Shown here piece by piece: positions 1 through 12,619 of a DNA stretch of 64,000 nt. This DNA comes from Octopus sinensis (lineage: Eukaryota). Position numbers and translations under genes: made by a program. Where the stretch lies: NCBI RefSeq assembly GCF_006345805.1, contig NC_042998.1, forward strand, positions 74,772,001 to 74,836,000, read 5' to 3'. The notes under the pieces are model-generated. The model searched no databases. It was given only the letters and a program-made list of their open reading frames with translations, and was not told the origin of the DNA. Position 1 is the first letter of the stretch; every line of letters starts with the position of its first letter.

Positions 1-539
1 AGTTGAATTAAAGATTCACTTTATGCGAGAGGACAACTACCTAAAAAATAATACTAGAGGTATTTTATTTAAATATAAACATAGCGATCTTTCATGTTTC
101 CAAATGATACTCCTTAAAAAACATTAATTTCGTATCACCTCTTAAAATCACTTAATCTACGCCTCTGTTTTGTTTCTTTAGGAAATATTTGAACATAGAA
201 TATTTATGAAAATATAATTTTTAGACTTTCTTGAGTCACAAAATATTTATTTTTAGTCAAATTTACACTCAATTTAACACATTATTACATTGCAAACTTA
301 TAAGGTTTACTCTTGACAACTTTGCGAGATTTTTTAGCAGGAAGCCGTAGTAATGTGAAATGTACATGGGAAATTCTTTGCAATTTAGGAATATATGTAT
401 CTATATTTGTCTTCATCTCTCTCTCTCTCCTTTTCTATGTATTTATGATTGTAAATGTATGTATGGCATATTGGTGTATATGTAAATATGCATGTACTCA
501 TCTATTTCTCTCACTTCTTTCATATTATGCATATTGCAC

Positions 540-810
540 ACACACGCGCGCATATATAGACACACATATATATATATAAATACATATATATATATATACT
601 TATATAAATACATATATATATATATGTACATACACACATATTAACATATATATATACTTATATACATGTATATATACCTACATATATATATATATACACG
701 TATACGTAAATACGTACATGCATATATATATGTACATATTTATAGATACATGCATATATGTATACACACATATACTCATATATTTGTGTGTGCGTGTATG
801 TGTGAGTGTC
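540..810. repeat. Compound (CA)n/(TA)n/(TACA)n microsatellite
   Basis: Direct reading; it accounts for the YI/HT-rich spurious ORFs here. Confidence 0.9.
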
Positions 811-1424
811 TCTCAGAAACTGTAGGAGTTGAACGTCTCTCTGAACTCACCTGACATCAATAATGATGTGTCAAGAATTATTGGCATAAACTATTTTATG
901 CTCAGTCGGGGTGACGAACTACATAACTTTCTAACTTATTTTGCTTCAAGGATATTCACAGTCGTGTGAAAATATTAAAGCTATTCCATTGTTGCTAAAT
1001 ACCATTCTACTTCCTGATCGAAGTAACTTTCAGCGCCCTTGTAAAATGTTCATCGATTTTTTTTCCGTTCGTGTGTTCAAGTTGTATTTTATACTTTATA
1101 CTTTTGATAGCTCCTAGATAAATAACTACAGCTTAGGAGTGATTTTCATATTTCGCTTTTGTTGTCGCAATTCTATTATTTAACTGTCTGCAGTTGATAT
1201 TCAACCCCCTTATTTTCATTCGTACATGGTACTTCAGTAGCTCTCCTTAGCTTTATATAGTCACAAAGATATGAAATTCATCCATAGCTGCCTGTGTTAA
1301 CTCACTATCGATTTAAGATGTGTGTTTAATGTCTCAGTTTTAGAATACATTAATATGCTAATTACTGATGCAACTTTGTTCTTTGAAACATTTAAAAACA
1401 AGACAGTCTCACATGCATATTTAC

Positions 1425-1630
1425 AAATATACATACATGCATGCATTCATACATATATACATGCGAAGACGTACATAAGATAAACCAAAATTCAGCACAT
1501 ATACATACATGCATACGAAACCACCCTGTTGTTGCTGTTGGAATTCCAGTGAAGGAGCCTTGGATCTAGAATAGAAACCGACTTTTCCTCTATTGGCGAG
1601 ATATCTAGAAATAAAACTGAATAATGCCAT
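1425..1630 (+). mobile_element. 3' end (UTR) of an R4/Dong-type LINE
   Basis: ccctgttgttgctgttggaattcc...ccttggatctag...ctattggcgagatatctagaaataaaactgaataatgcc is a diverged copy of the 3' end of the LINE at 3405-3510. Confidence 0.8.
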
Positions 1631-1710
1631 ACGTACGTACGTAGTACATACTTAGTGTTTGCTTCTTTCATGGGTATGAGTAAGTATTTCATTTATTTCT
1701 TTGCCACATT

Positions 1711-1763
1711 TATCACTGACGAAAGGAGGGTTCTTATGAACTAACCCTGAAATCGGTCCGATA
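1711..1763 (+). ncRNA. Type I hammerhead ribozyme motif (Penelope-type)
   Basis: tatca-CTGACGA-a-agg..ggttc ttat gaact..cct-GAA-ATCGGT-C-cgata. Core intact, GUC site at 1756-1758. Stem I has one A.C mismatch; the paralog at 34446 reads tatcg. Confidence 0.7.
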
Positions 1764-1796
1764 TGGTAATAATGGAATTGTTTAGAAAATTCTCCA

Positions 1797-1972
1797 TACG
1801 TACGTATGTACGTACATACATACATACATACGTACATACATACTACATACATACGTACATACATACGTACATACATACATACGTACATACATACGTACAT
1901 ACATACATACGTACATACATACGTACATACATACATACATACCTACGTACATACACACATACGTACATACAT
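1797..1972. repeat. (TACA)n/(TACG)n microsatellite
   Basis: Direct reading. Confidence 0.95.
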
Positions 1973-3510
1973 CTGACGAGAAATGTTACAAGTATCTAGG
2001 GGTGGATGAAAATATATCTTACAATGCCACCTGTAACATAACATAAGTGTCACTAAAGAACAATACAGCCGAATAAAGAAAATTTGGATCTCAGAACTCT
2101 CTGCATTCAATAAAACAGTGGCCCACAATGTGTTTGCAGTGCCAGTACTCATACCAACATTTGGGCTGCTTGATTGGACGCTTGATGAGATTCGAGCCAT
2201 TGATGTGAAACTCGAAAAATACTAACAAGCACACATAATTTCCACATAAGCAGTGACATAGGCCGCCTCTACCTAAAACATAAACAAGGCGGCAGATGCT
2301 TAACATCAATACAAAATGCCTTTGAATGTCGCATCATATTCCTTCGGCAATATCTTAAAACCATCAAGCGTCGAAGTCCATCTCTTGACCAAGTTTGCAT
2401 ACATGAGACTGATAACATCATAAAACTTGGAAAGCAACTCCTTGAGCAATACTCTTTATCTGATAACCTAGAATACATGCCCAAAGAAGTTGCACGACCC
2501 TACCGCAGCATATCATCAGATGAAAGGATGAGCCTAGTAGAAAGCTCCGTGATAATAGTAACAACAAAGCAGTTTATCATGGACCAATAGCCGGATTACT
2601 ACCACCCACTTTGAAAGGTATGCGTTTGCAATCCAGGAACAGGAAATATCAACCAAGTACCAGCTGCACAAATGGGATAGAGATGCGGGAAAAGCCGTAA
2701 AGTGTGACAACCGATGGAGAATTTGTGGAGTCCACACTGAAAATGTCACCCACACCATTAGCAGTTGTCCGAAAATGTCATCACGGTATTATCTACCGAT
2801 GAGACATGACGTTGTAGCTAGTTCACTCTATACTGAAATCTGTCGGAAGGATAATCCCTAAAACAAAGAAATAAAAACTCAGAATATGGTAGAAGCCATA
2901 GCCACTCAAAATGAAAATGAATATTGGTGGAATGTACCAATGAAGACCTCAAAATGTTAGCACAACACACCTGATATAATGATTTGGGATAGAGAAGAGA
3001 AATTGTATACAATTGTGGAAAGTAGTTGCCCAGCGGATGTTAACATAAAGCTAAAGATCAGTGAAAAAGAGAACACCTATGCTGAACTACTGAGAAATCT
3101 GCAGTTACTCTATTCAGATTACAAGTTCAGATTATACTTGTAATTATCAGGGCCCTGTGATATGTAACACACTACCTAAGTACCAATCTTGAGAATTTAG
3201 GCATCTCAAAACCAGAAAGGAGAACGCTAATTCGAAGACTACAGATCCAGTCCATTATTGGAACTGTAAAAATCTCTAAAACTTTCCAGACGTTTATCAT
3301 TTGAATATATAAGAGCAAGTCTAGTTATGTAACTATATGCATGAGAATACATAGATAAAACATACAAATTTTCACATACATACACACATACATACAAACA
3401 AAAATACCCTGTTGCTGATGTTGAAATTCCAATAAAAGAACCTTGGATTTAGGTTAGGTGCTGATTCTTTATCTATTGGCAAGAGATCTTGAAATAAACT
3501 GAATAATGAC
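1973..3510 (+). mobile_element. 5'-truncated, frameshifted R4/Dong-clade non-LTR retrotransposon (RT C-terminus, CCHC finger, restriction-like endonuclease)
   Basis: Plus-strand peptides: KCYKYLGVDEN; NKTVAHNVFAVPVLIPTFGLLDW; RLYLKHKQGGRCL; degenerate CCHC knuckle (WRICGVHTENVTHTISSC); MRHDVVA; PDIMIWDREEKLYTIVESSCP..KISEKENTY (PD-(D/E)xK). The 3' UTR ends gaaataaactgaataatgac. Confidence 0.9.
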
Positions 3511-3611
3511 ACACACACATGTATATATACGAAAAAGAAATTTCATCATAGTTCTATTTTAAGAAGAATGTGCAACTTACCAACACGCACAACGCAGCTA
3601 GCTCTCTATGT

Positions 3612-3736
3612 TCTTATTTGAAAAGACGAAAAAAGCACGCCAGTCTATGAGAAAACACAAGAAAGGACGAGAAGAAAGTGAATGCATGTCTTTTCTCGTA
3701 TTTTCTCAGCGTCCTTTCTCTTTTTCTCAAATAAGA
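3612..3736. repeat. Imperfect inverted repeat (decayed foldback or MITE)
   Basis: tcttatttgaaaaga..tgagaaaacacaagaaaggacg pairs imperfectly with tgtcttttctcgtattttctca..ttctcaaataaga. Confidence 0.55.
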
Positions 3737-4811
3737 CCGGCCACGATGTGTATTTGAACTTTAAATAATGCTTGGAGGTACAAGATATGATACGTAAATC
3801 TATAAATCTGCTAATTTATTGTGTTTCTACAGCATTAATACAATAGTAGTTCGTATTTAAATTCGGTGTATATTAAATGAAATTTATCTCTCATTCGATG
3901 GAATACCTTTTTGTTGATCCTATGAATAATGGAACACTAAACTTTGTCTAGGATTTCAGATATACGTAGTTCAATTCGTCTGCTATTTTGCTGATACTTA
4001 AAAGTTACTTTTTGCTTATAACCCTTTATAAAATTTCTTTTGGTTTATTATCCTTTATTCCCAGCTTTTGAATTGGCATTGTACGGGTTTTCTAAAGCAC
4101 ATTGTGTGTATGTGTGTCTCAGTGCGTGTGTCCGCGTGACGCATGATCAGTAGAAACAAGGTTACCTTATTGACTTTCTTATGATAGGCAAACATGGCGT
4201 TATTGATCACGTGGGGCGAACGGATCACCTGAGCTCGGAAGAAGCTTGCAATAAATAACACGAAGATTCCGAAACGCTCGATGTTTAACAATCTACGAGA
4301 TTTTATAACATCTGGGCTTTTTACTAAGGTTTTGGAAAAACTTAACGCCCGATAGTTTACAGCGAGATTTTAAACAAGATGTTAATCTCAACTTTGCCAA
4401 TATGTTTAGATCATGCAATCACAGATGTTGCTTTAACGACTCTAAAGCAAAGTACAACTTTTAAAATAAAAACAAAACTAATAACTCCTTATTTATCCTG
4501 TTTGCATGAACGGAAAGGTCCACATGTAATATCTTAATGTATATGTTTTTCTAATGAAATTATGCTCATAAGACATAAATGCAAATTTAAAGCATAAATT
4601 TGTAATTTACCTATTGAGCACTAATGGAAACGACTGTAAGAAGTAAAAATCATCAGTTTTTTAATAATAAATAATTATTACTATTTTAACTCGGCATTTT
4701 CTCTCCCTCAATTAACTGAGCATGAAGTTTATTCTTAATATATACCTATTGAATTTATGAAATTTCATTTCCCAAAAATACTTGGTATAAAACCAGTATT
4801 CCCCTTGGATG

Positions 4812-4846
<35 letters not shown>

Positions 4847-5774
4847 GTATATATGCATGAATGTATGTTGTGTGTATGTGTGAGTCTCTGTGTGTGTCTA
4901 TGTATTGTCATATATTTTACATTCAGTTTGTACTGTAGCTCTCTCCTTTCATCAGTTTTATGAATACTTGCTTGTATATTGTACTATCTGTATTTTTGAA
5001 AAATAGAGGTTTTTGATATAAAATCGCTGAATTATCAATGTTGTGATGGCTGTCGAAGAAATGGATGAAAGTAACTGATAAGTATATGCCGATATACTAA
5101 GACTCTCCCTGGCTGAAAACCACAATACATAAAGAGCCATAACAAAATGCCACAAGGCATTTTGTCAATGCTCCAATGATTCTGTCAATCAAATAATAAT
5201 AATAATATTAATAATATGATAATAATAATGACTGTTGAAAAAAAAAGTCATTTTAAAAAAATAATTCCTTTCCTAAATTTGAATGCTGATGAGGTTGATG
5301 ATGATGGTTGTTTCTTGTATAGGTGTCAGTGAAAGCAGTTACAATTTTTTATACAAGCACGTAGTTTAGTAAACCTTTCTGAACATAATTATATGAAACC
5401 ACCACCAAACTGCTTCCTTGAGAAGGCGCACTCATCTCTGGAGTATCTTTGAGCATTTCTAGCGGCCAAATTAGAGAAAGAAAGGTTTTATTTTTTTTTT
5501 GTCGGGTTCGCATTTTTTAAGAAACTGTAACCATAACGATTATCCAAGATAAACAATTGCTTACGCTCAGCAATTTCTATTTCTTGCTGACCGTTGACCA
5601 TCCCTCTTGATTTTTAAGGTCTATGTATGGTGTTTGATAGTTGTGGTTAATAGTTCTCTTTCAGACTGTTTATGATTGTAATAATGTAGTGAAATTATTT
5701 TTTAAGTCGGAAAAATATCTCCTTTTAATCACAAAGGTTAAACGATCTACAAACCTTCTACTAGCTTCTTATAG

Positions 5775-5860
5775 AAAATATTTAAAATTAGACAAAAAAT
5801 ATTTAAAATTAGACAAAAGACTTTTTGAATTAGACAAAAGATACTTAAAATTCGAGACAA
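5775..5860. repeat. 21-bp tandem repeat, about 4 degenerate units
   Basis: Unit aaaatatttaaaattagacaa, read as KYLKLDK in ORF 5641-5922. Confidence 0.8.
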
Positions 5861-6779
5861 GTCCTCGAGAAAATATTGCTTACGCACAGTTGGAAATAAA
5901 ATCGAAGTATTTCAATAATTGAAAGGAAAGAAGCGCGATGGATATTAATGATTGAAAATTGAAACTAAAGATATTTTATAAATTTAAAGATTATTGTGAC
6001 CATGGTAACTAAGGTAACTAAATTATAACAAAAGGCTATAATTCCTACAGCAATGTTTTTGATTCTTTTGAACAGAATCAAGAATAGAACACCTGCAATT
6101 TTCGCAGGTGTTCCGTTTTTTAACACACACACACATATACATAGACGCACACACATATGCATACACACATACAATCACACTCAAATATAATGAAGAATGG
6201 ACTTCCATGTTAATATTTGTTTTTGTGTTACTTAATAAACAAAACACTTTCCAATGATAATTAACAAATGAATTAATTTTCTGTTGCGAATATCTCAAGT
6301 GTACTCAACGTCACTAAAAACGGATACAAATGCCATAAAGAGATAACGTATACCTTATTCTACCAAACAACTAATCACATCAAAATAGTCATAAGTTCCT
6401 TCTCATTTTCTGTTCACAGTAAAATGCCATGTAAGAACAATCCATTAGTTACATCTTAGGTTTATGTTAATATTCATATCAGTCGCGAAAGCGTTGCCAA
6501 AACTTATTACAGAAACACGTTTAAAGCTACAGAATATAAAGAATACACACTAACATATACGAGTACTTACAAATACCGCTACATACGCAATATGCACTCA
6601 TACACAAAGACTGTCAAAGAACAACATTATAGAAATAAATGGATCGATGATCACTTAAGCATAGAATGGTCAACAATACAAACATCGAAATGTCTTCAAT
6701 ACAAAAAGTTAGTTCGTCAAACAGCTGTCAGCAACTAAAAAAGTTTGGAGTTATGTTCGTGTGTTCAATCGCTTTCTTA

Positions 6780-6990
6780 CATTGTTTAGCTATAAGTTAG
6801 CCCTAATGAGGTTATGGCTAACTTATGGTCACGGGGTTTCTAGTTATAGCAACTGCGAGCTTTAGAAAATTTGCCTGTGACAACATTATCTAAGGCGGCC
6901 ATCTTCAGAAAGTAGGGTGTAATTTAGGAGCGTATTTGGCTGTTCTTTTAGAGCGACCACCAACGCAGAGTATTGTTCATTGGCTTGTTT
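6780..6990 (+). mobile_element. Old dispersed SINE-like repeat; related copies near 9310-9495 (-), 32080-32185 (+) and 53285-53475 (+)
   Basis: Shared degenerate blocks ttgtttagc..gccct.atc/g.. and gg.g.atttggctgctatttcta...gaccac..agag. Confidence 0.5.
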
Positions 6991-8789
6991 GTAGTGGGTC
7001 ATATGCATATTCATGCACACACACATAATTACCATACATACATATGTCCATATATGTAAATATATATATACACACAGACGCGCACACAGATACGCAATAT
7101 ATATATATGTGCGTGTGTGTGTGTATGTATGCCTACACGCACATGCTCACTCACTCATACAGTAGATGAACCTGGAGAAATAGGGTCAAAGCAGTGTAAA
7201 GATAGGTTTTGCGTTAAGTGGACGCCTTGTTTGTTCTGGGAACAGATGAGAAATAAATGAGAGGAACGAATGCACGATACGTTCAAGAAGACAACTTCTT
7301 TTACAGCCAACAAAGAATAACTAGAATTATCATGGTGTGCATACATAGCTGAACATAGTGCATGAGAAATAGGTATTTAATAGAGAAATTCTTCAAATGG
7401 TTTGCGTGTTAGCTGGCGGTGGAGTGCAGATGGTATTATTTGTCAAGTATAGAAGCGAAGGAAGGTTGTTTGCCCCAAGGATTAAATATTGTCGTATAAA
7501 ACATTGTTAGTTAATCGATTAACTGTTGATAAGTTTCGTAGACAATGTTCAAATAATGAAATTCAATATCAATTACTACTGACTTAGCTTTGATTTTTAT
7601 AATCTGACATGATATAGTATGCTGTAAACAATATGTTCTTTGAAGGAAACGAATATTTTATCTTTAAGTAAATGCTGACACCTTAAAAATCTTACATTAG
7701 TCAAACATAATTCAATTCTAAAGATAGTAGACGGCTACTTTCGTAAGATAAATGAAAACTTCTTTATCCGTCAGAAGTTACGTCAAAGATCATAAAATTA
7801 CTTTCCAGTATACTTTGATGGCAGCTGTAGTAGGTATTTCTCAATTTCATAGCCGCTCTTTCTTTATCAACAGACTCACATACACGCACACACATAAACA
7901 TACACAAACACATTCACGGACAAACAAACAAACAAATATAAAATATATTTTAATATGAACAAGATGGCCGCTATATCTGTTGTGAATGTTACTTGATTGG
8001 AGGATCGAAATGACAATAAATGAGGAAGCTAGCTCCGACAGTTGTGTGAATCGTATTTTGTTTCAACAAATATAAAATATGAAGATATGATATCTCTTGA
8101 AACAGAATTGTCATTACTGATTTTGAAAATAAAGCAGTGAATCTCAAACTGTTACTCTTGGTTTGACAAGAGAAACCAAAATGCCAAGTTGTATCGATTT
8201 TGAGTAGATAAAAGCACTTAGAGAAAGAAGGGAAGGACAAATCAGTGAAGTGCATTTCACTATCTCTGTGTTTGTAATTGTTTGTCTGCGTTAATGTATG
8301 GCAATTTGGTAGGTAATGCCACCAAGGGAAATCACTGTTAAAACATATTTGGCTTTCAGTTGAAAGAAAAACTAAGCGTAGTGTTCGTAAGAGATTTGTT
8401 GCTCTAGTGAACATCACTGAATGATAAAGTCTATTAATAATAACGACATTTCAAATGTTGGCAAAGTAAAAACATTGCTCTCCATATTGGAACCTCTATT
8501 AATCAAAGTTTAGTAATCTGTATTATTAGGAAATTTCATGGCTGAATACATTAATTTCAACACGTAATGCCGTTTCATTAAAGCTTATCTTATCACTGAA
8601 GATTCCATATCACTATACAAACCATTCGATAAAGTAATGCAGCTAATTAGGTTACAAATCTTATAAAAAGTAAGAGATCATCTCTTCACAAATAAGGAGG
8701 ACCTCGATACTCCGTCCTATTCAGATGGATTATGCTCGTAATTTGAAGGTACAGTCATGTTACATATGGTATCATGTTTGTTTTATATG

Positions 8790-8900
8790 AGGATTACGCT
8801 AAATGTACACGTATCTGTCGAATACTCAGTCATATTAAAGAGCAGACAGGACAGTTGACTGACCAACTGAATATTCGTCGCCGAAGCATACGAAGATCCA
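8790..8900 (+). mobile_element. Decayed 3' part of the SINE family at 44768-45127
   Basis: gtacacgtatctgtcgaatactcagtca..gagcagac..gttgactgaccaactg aligns with the reverse complement of 44775-44880. Confidence 0.55.
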
Positions 8901-10829
8901 TTTACACAAAACTTACAAGTATTTGGTAATTCAAACATAATAATTTAAAGTATCGTCTAAAAGCTTGGCTTTATTTTAATTTTTTACTTTGGTTATCTGG
9001 CACGAACTACAACAGAGTCACTTGAAATCCAAGTGATAGCAAACCCCCATTTAACAAGAAGCGCACATAAGCTGTGTTGCAATCTGCTCTGTTCAAAGTA
9101 GCAACAACTTCATTTGATGATATAATATAGATCAATTTAGTGTAACGACTCCTTACATTTCAGGTTTGGTGCCAAATTATATCAGAAAAAATCATGTCAT
9201 ATTTCCAGCATATTTCTAACGATCATGCGAACACTACTTTAGTGAACTGGGTGCAAGAAAAAATCTCCGATTTTGCAGTGTGCGCAAATCAAAGAAAACT
9301 CTTCCAACCAGTACATTGGCATACTAGTAATCGTAGCTAAATTCTCCTCGACTCACACCAATAACTTTTTAAAAGGAACAACATATTAGATAATATGATC
9401 CCACAGACACTAGAAAAATGCAATGAGATAGTAATGGTTGGAACAACTTTGAAAAGAAGTTTCCTTGATCAGGGTTGATGCTAGCTTAAACAATACTAAC
9501 AATAACTGCAGTTAGTAATTAATTATACGACACAAAACGTGTCACTAGAGAACTGAATATGCAGACCTGGTAATGTTAACACGCATATATACACTAATGC
9601 AAGGTATGTTAAAACACCAGAGGTGATTCTAGAATTTCTTAAACTATAAAAAAGTCTCATCTGACAATTTCAGGTCTCCTCCTGGACCACTGGATAGACA
9701 TTCCAACTGCGGACACAGAAGAACTTTTGATGATACATGAATGAATTAAGTTGCAAGAAATGCTAAATTATTTAGTGGAGTGACGATAGAAAGATTTTAG
9801 TACCAAAGGGACGTGTTAAACAGAATATTTACGTGTTTAGAAAAGTGCAAGCTTGGCATCTAGCGAACATATAATTCCAATGAAAAGGAAACTGCTAAAT
9901 AAAAGAGAGATAAAAACCGAGAAAGAAGCGTAACGAGGCCAAGCTTACTTTATGAATGAATTCTCATTGCAGTACTCTCATTGACAGAAATTCAATGCAA
10001 CGTTTGTTGTTTTATGATTATAGCTAAAGCGTGGGACTTACTCTTTAAATTATGAAAACAAAATTACTTAACAGCTTGATGTAATTCACAAGACAACCTG
10101 TCATCAGTCCTCGACGATTGCCACTATCTGAAAATATATTACTACTTTACATAAACTAAACTTCTATCAGTACGTGCAGCGGCAGTTTTAGCATTTATTA
10201 GCATTTATTAGTATGACTAACGGATAACTGATTAAACAATTTTAGTTGATTTTATTAAATATGTTAGTATTGATTCAACCATTAGCATTAATCACCTTAA
10301 TGTTTTATAAAGTTTCACTTTTTGTGAAGAACTACGACCATAGGACTGTAAAGGTTATGTATACTGAATTTTGATTATAGAAGCTATTCTACATATTCAG
10401 AATTTGAACATAGGCATATGTAGCATTTTATATCTAATGGAGAAACTAGAATTGTCGCATGTATATGTAATACAGTTTAGTTAGTCTCAATTTAGATCTG
10501 CTATTTCAGTCGTTTGTAGAGTGATTTCAAACACATGTAGCTGAGTGCCATAACATGCAGTTTCCAGGTCCAAAGGATTAGGATTGGCAATAAATTCAGA
10601 TCACCTATAGGGAAAAGCATTGCTGACACATCTTAATAAAGATGTATGAACGAATAATTATTTCGTGCAATAACACATAAAGCTGTTAAATTCACTTACA
10701 AAATTTTGATTTAAACTTTAAATTAAAGTTTATTACATTAGGTGTACTACTTCGTCGAATGTATGAATAATTTTCTGTGAATGAAAACCACAACCTAACT
10801 GGAATGGTTATTTTTTATTCACTTTTTAG

Positions 10830-11160
10830 TTTTTGTGTAAAAGTTATATTGCATTTGTTCAGATGAACTTTTACTGGTACATAAGTTGAAAGAGGTCTCA
10901 CTAAAACTTTGATATTGATTTTCTTCGTTGCAGATATTCCTTTGGATGTGTGTTGCAAGTTGACAACGTTCACATATTTCTGTATAATCTAATTTTCCAG
11001 GTGCTAATTTATTTATGAAGGGGTTATGTGCCGTTTCATATATTCCGATTGTATAGCGTGTCCTTTGTTTCAATATTGATAAATATGCTAGCATTTCTAA
11101 TAATCTGTTTGAAGTTTTGTGTATTTCATATTGTGCTATGGTATCAGTTACCGTTTATTT
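10830..11160 (-). pseudogene. Possible highly decayed Penelope GIY-YIG C-terminal fragment
   Basis: Frameshifted minus-strand peptide traces (FKQ, IIQK, ICNEE) resemble WKII..CNLCxEEK of Penelope endonucleases. Weak. Confidence 0.3.
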
Positions 11161-12619
11161 TCTTGTGAATGCTCGCACGAAGAACTGAAGACAATGGAAC
11201 AGCCTCATTATTCATGCAACTGAATACAACATAAGGGGATAACACAGACATACAACGGTTGATGCATATAATTCCCTCATTAAACTGAAATAATAAATTA
11301 GTGTGGATTGTAAATGATGACATGATCTAAAGGTGTACATAACTTGAAATATAAGGTTAGTTTTTCAAAGACTATCTAACAAGACTGAAACAATTTATTG
11401 ATCTTTGATGACCAGTAATATCTATCAATGGGTGACTGGAACATTGCACTCATCACATTTACAAAAGAACCTGAACTAGAAATTACAAGATAATGAATGG
11501 ACGAATAAACGATCTTAAACCAACTTCTTTCCTTACATGGTAAGGACGATAGTTTTGTATATCTATTTATAGCTAAAAGTATTTAGTCGTTTACAGTCAG
11601 ATGTCTTTGTTTTCACACAAGGATATATGAAAACAACAGAGCACAAGAATCAGCGGTGTAATCTTGGCGCGCTTACAAGTGTAACAGTATTCTCCTTTTC
11701 TCTTTCCACCATACTTGGTTAACTCAGCTATAACTTTTCATCTTATAGTAATTTATTTTGGTTTCAGTGTAGCTCAAAAGTAAACAGACACACAGAAGAA
11801 ACATCCACACACGTACCCCCACATACACACATTCAAGAGTTTGTCTTTAAGGAAGATCATTCCAAGAATATACATTATTTAGCATTAGCTTGTCACTCCG
11901 TCATATGACTTAACACGCGAAAACCTCTCATTATACCATGTTCACTTTACGTATTCTTTTTTGCCTTTTATTTTGTCAGAGACATCGCATATATACACAC
12001 TTTCATGCAAACAGCTATTCACATGCACACAAAAAGATGTACGTTTATATATGGAAAGAAAGTTTAATTATCTTTATGAAAACAAGGTTTCAATAATTTT
12101 GCTTTTACGACTACAGCATGTCAAATTCATTTAACTTTTCCAGTAGTAAAACAATACTAACTCCTCCTACTCCGAGCTACTCGTAACTGTTGCTTTCTAG
12201 TATAATGTTTTAGTCATAATCACTCGATTCTTCATTAGAGCACGCATTTTTCTAATTATTTTATAGTTATAAAAGTGTCACCCACCAAAATGTCTCCCGC
12301 ATTGGAGAGTCCTTCTTTAGCACCTTTTCTAAAGAATGATGGCCCCATATGTAGTACCCTTATGGAGAAAGCGTTCACCTCTGCTACCTTGTTTTCATAC
12401 TGCTCCACACAACATACCCTTAGCCAATCCTCTCAAATTCTATTCCGTACCATTCCACTAGGCTCCTCAACACGCACACACACACACACACACGCACGCA
12501 CACACAGATACCAGGTTCTTCAAGCACGGCCACTCTCTCTGACTATGTCTCTTGTATTATGCACAGAAACTGCACCCAGGAACTACTGAATATACTAACG
12601 AATTTCTGTCATTCTTCAC

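Noticed and set aside
1540-1600. gtgaagga...gaaacc in the Dong 3' UTR as a hammerhead
   Set aside because: It folds better as a simple stem-loop (ccaat gaaggagcc / ggctcttt attgg), has no stem I/III geometry, and the motif is not conserved in the 3430 copy.
5281-5345. CTGATGA...GAAAG motif; similar ones at 10075-10110, 37201-37232 and 56455-56500
   Set aside because: The flanking stems do not pair convincingly, and such matches are expected by chance in AT-rich DNA.
5641-5922. 93-aa ORF with KYLKLDK heptads as a coiled-coil gene
   Set aside because: The periodicity is explained by a 21-bp tandem repeat; there is no ATG start, splice support or domain.
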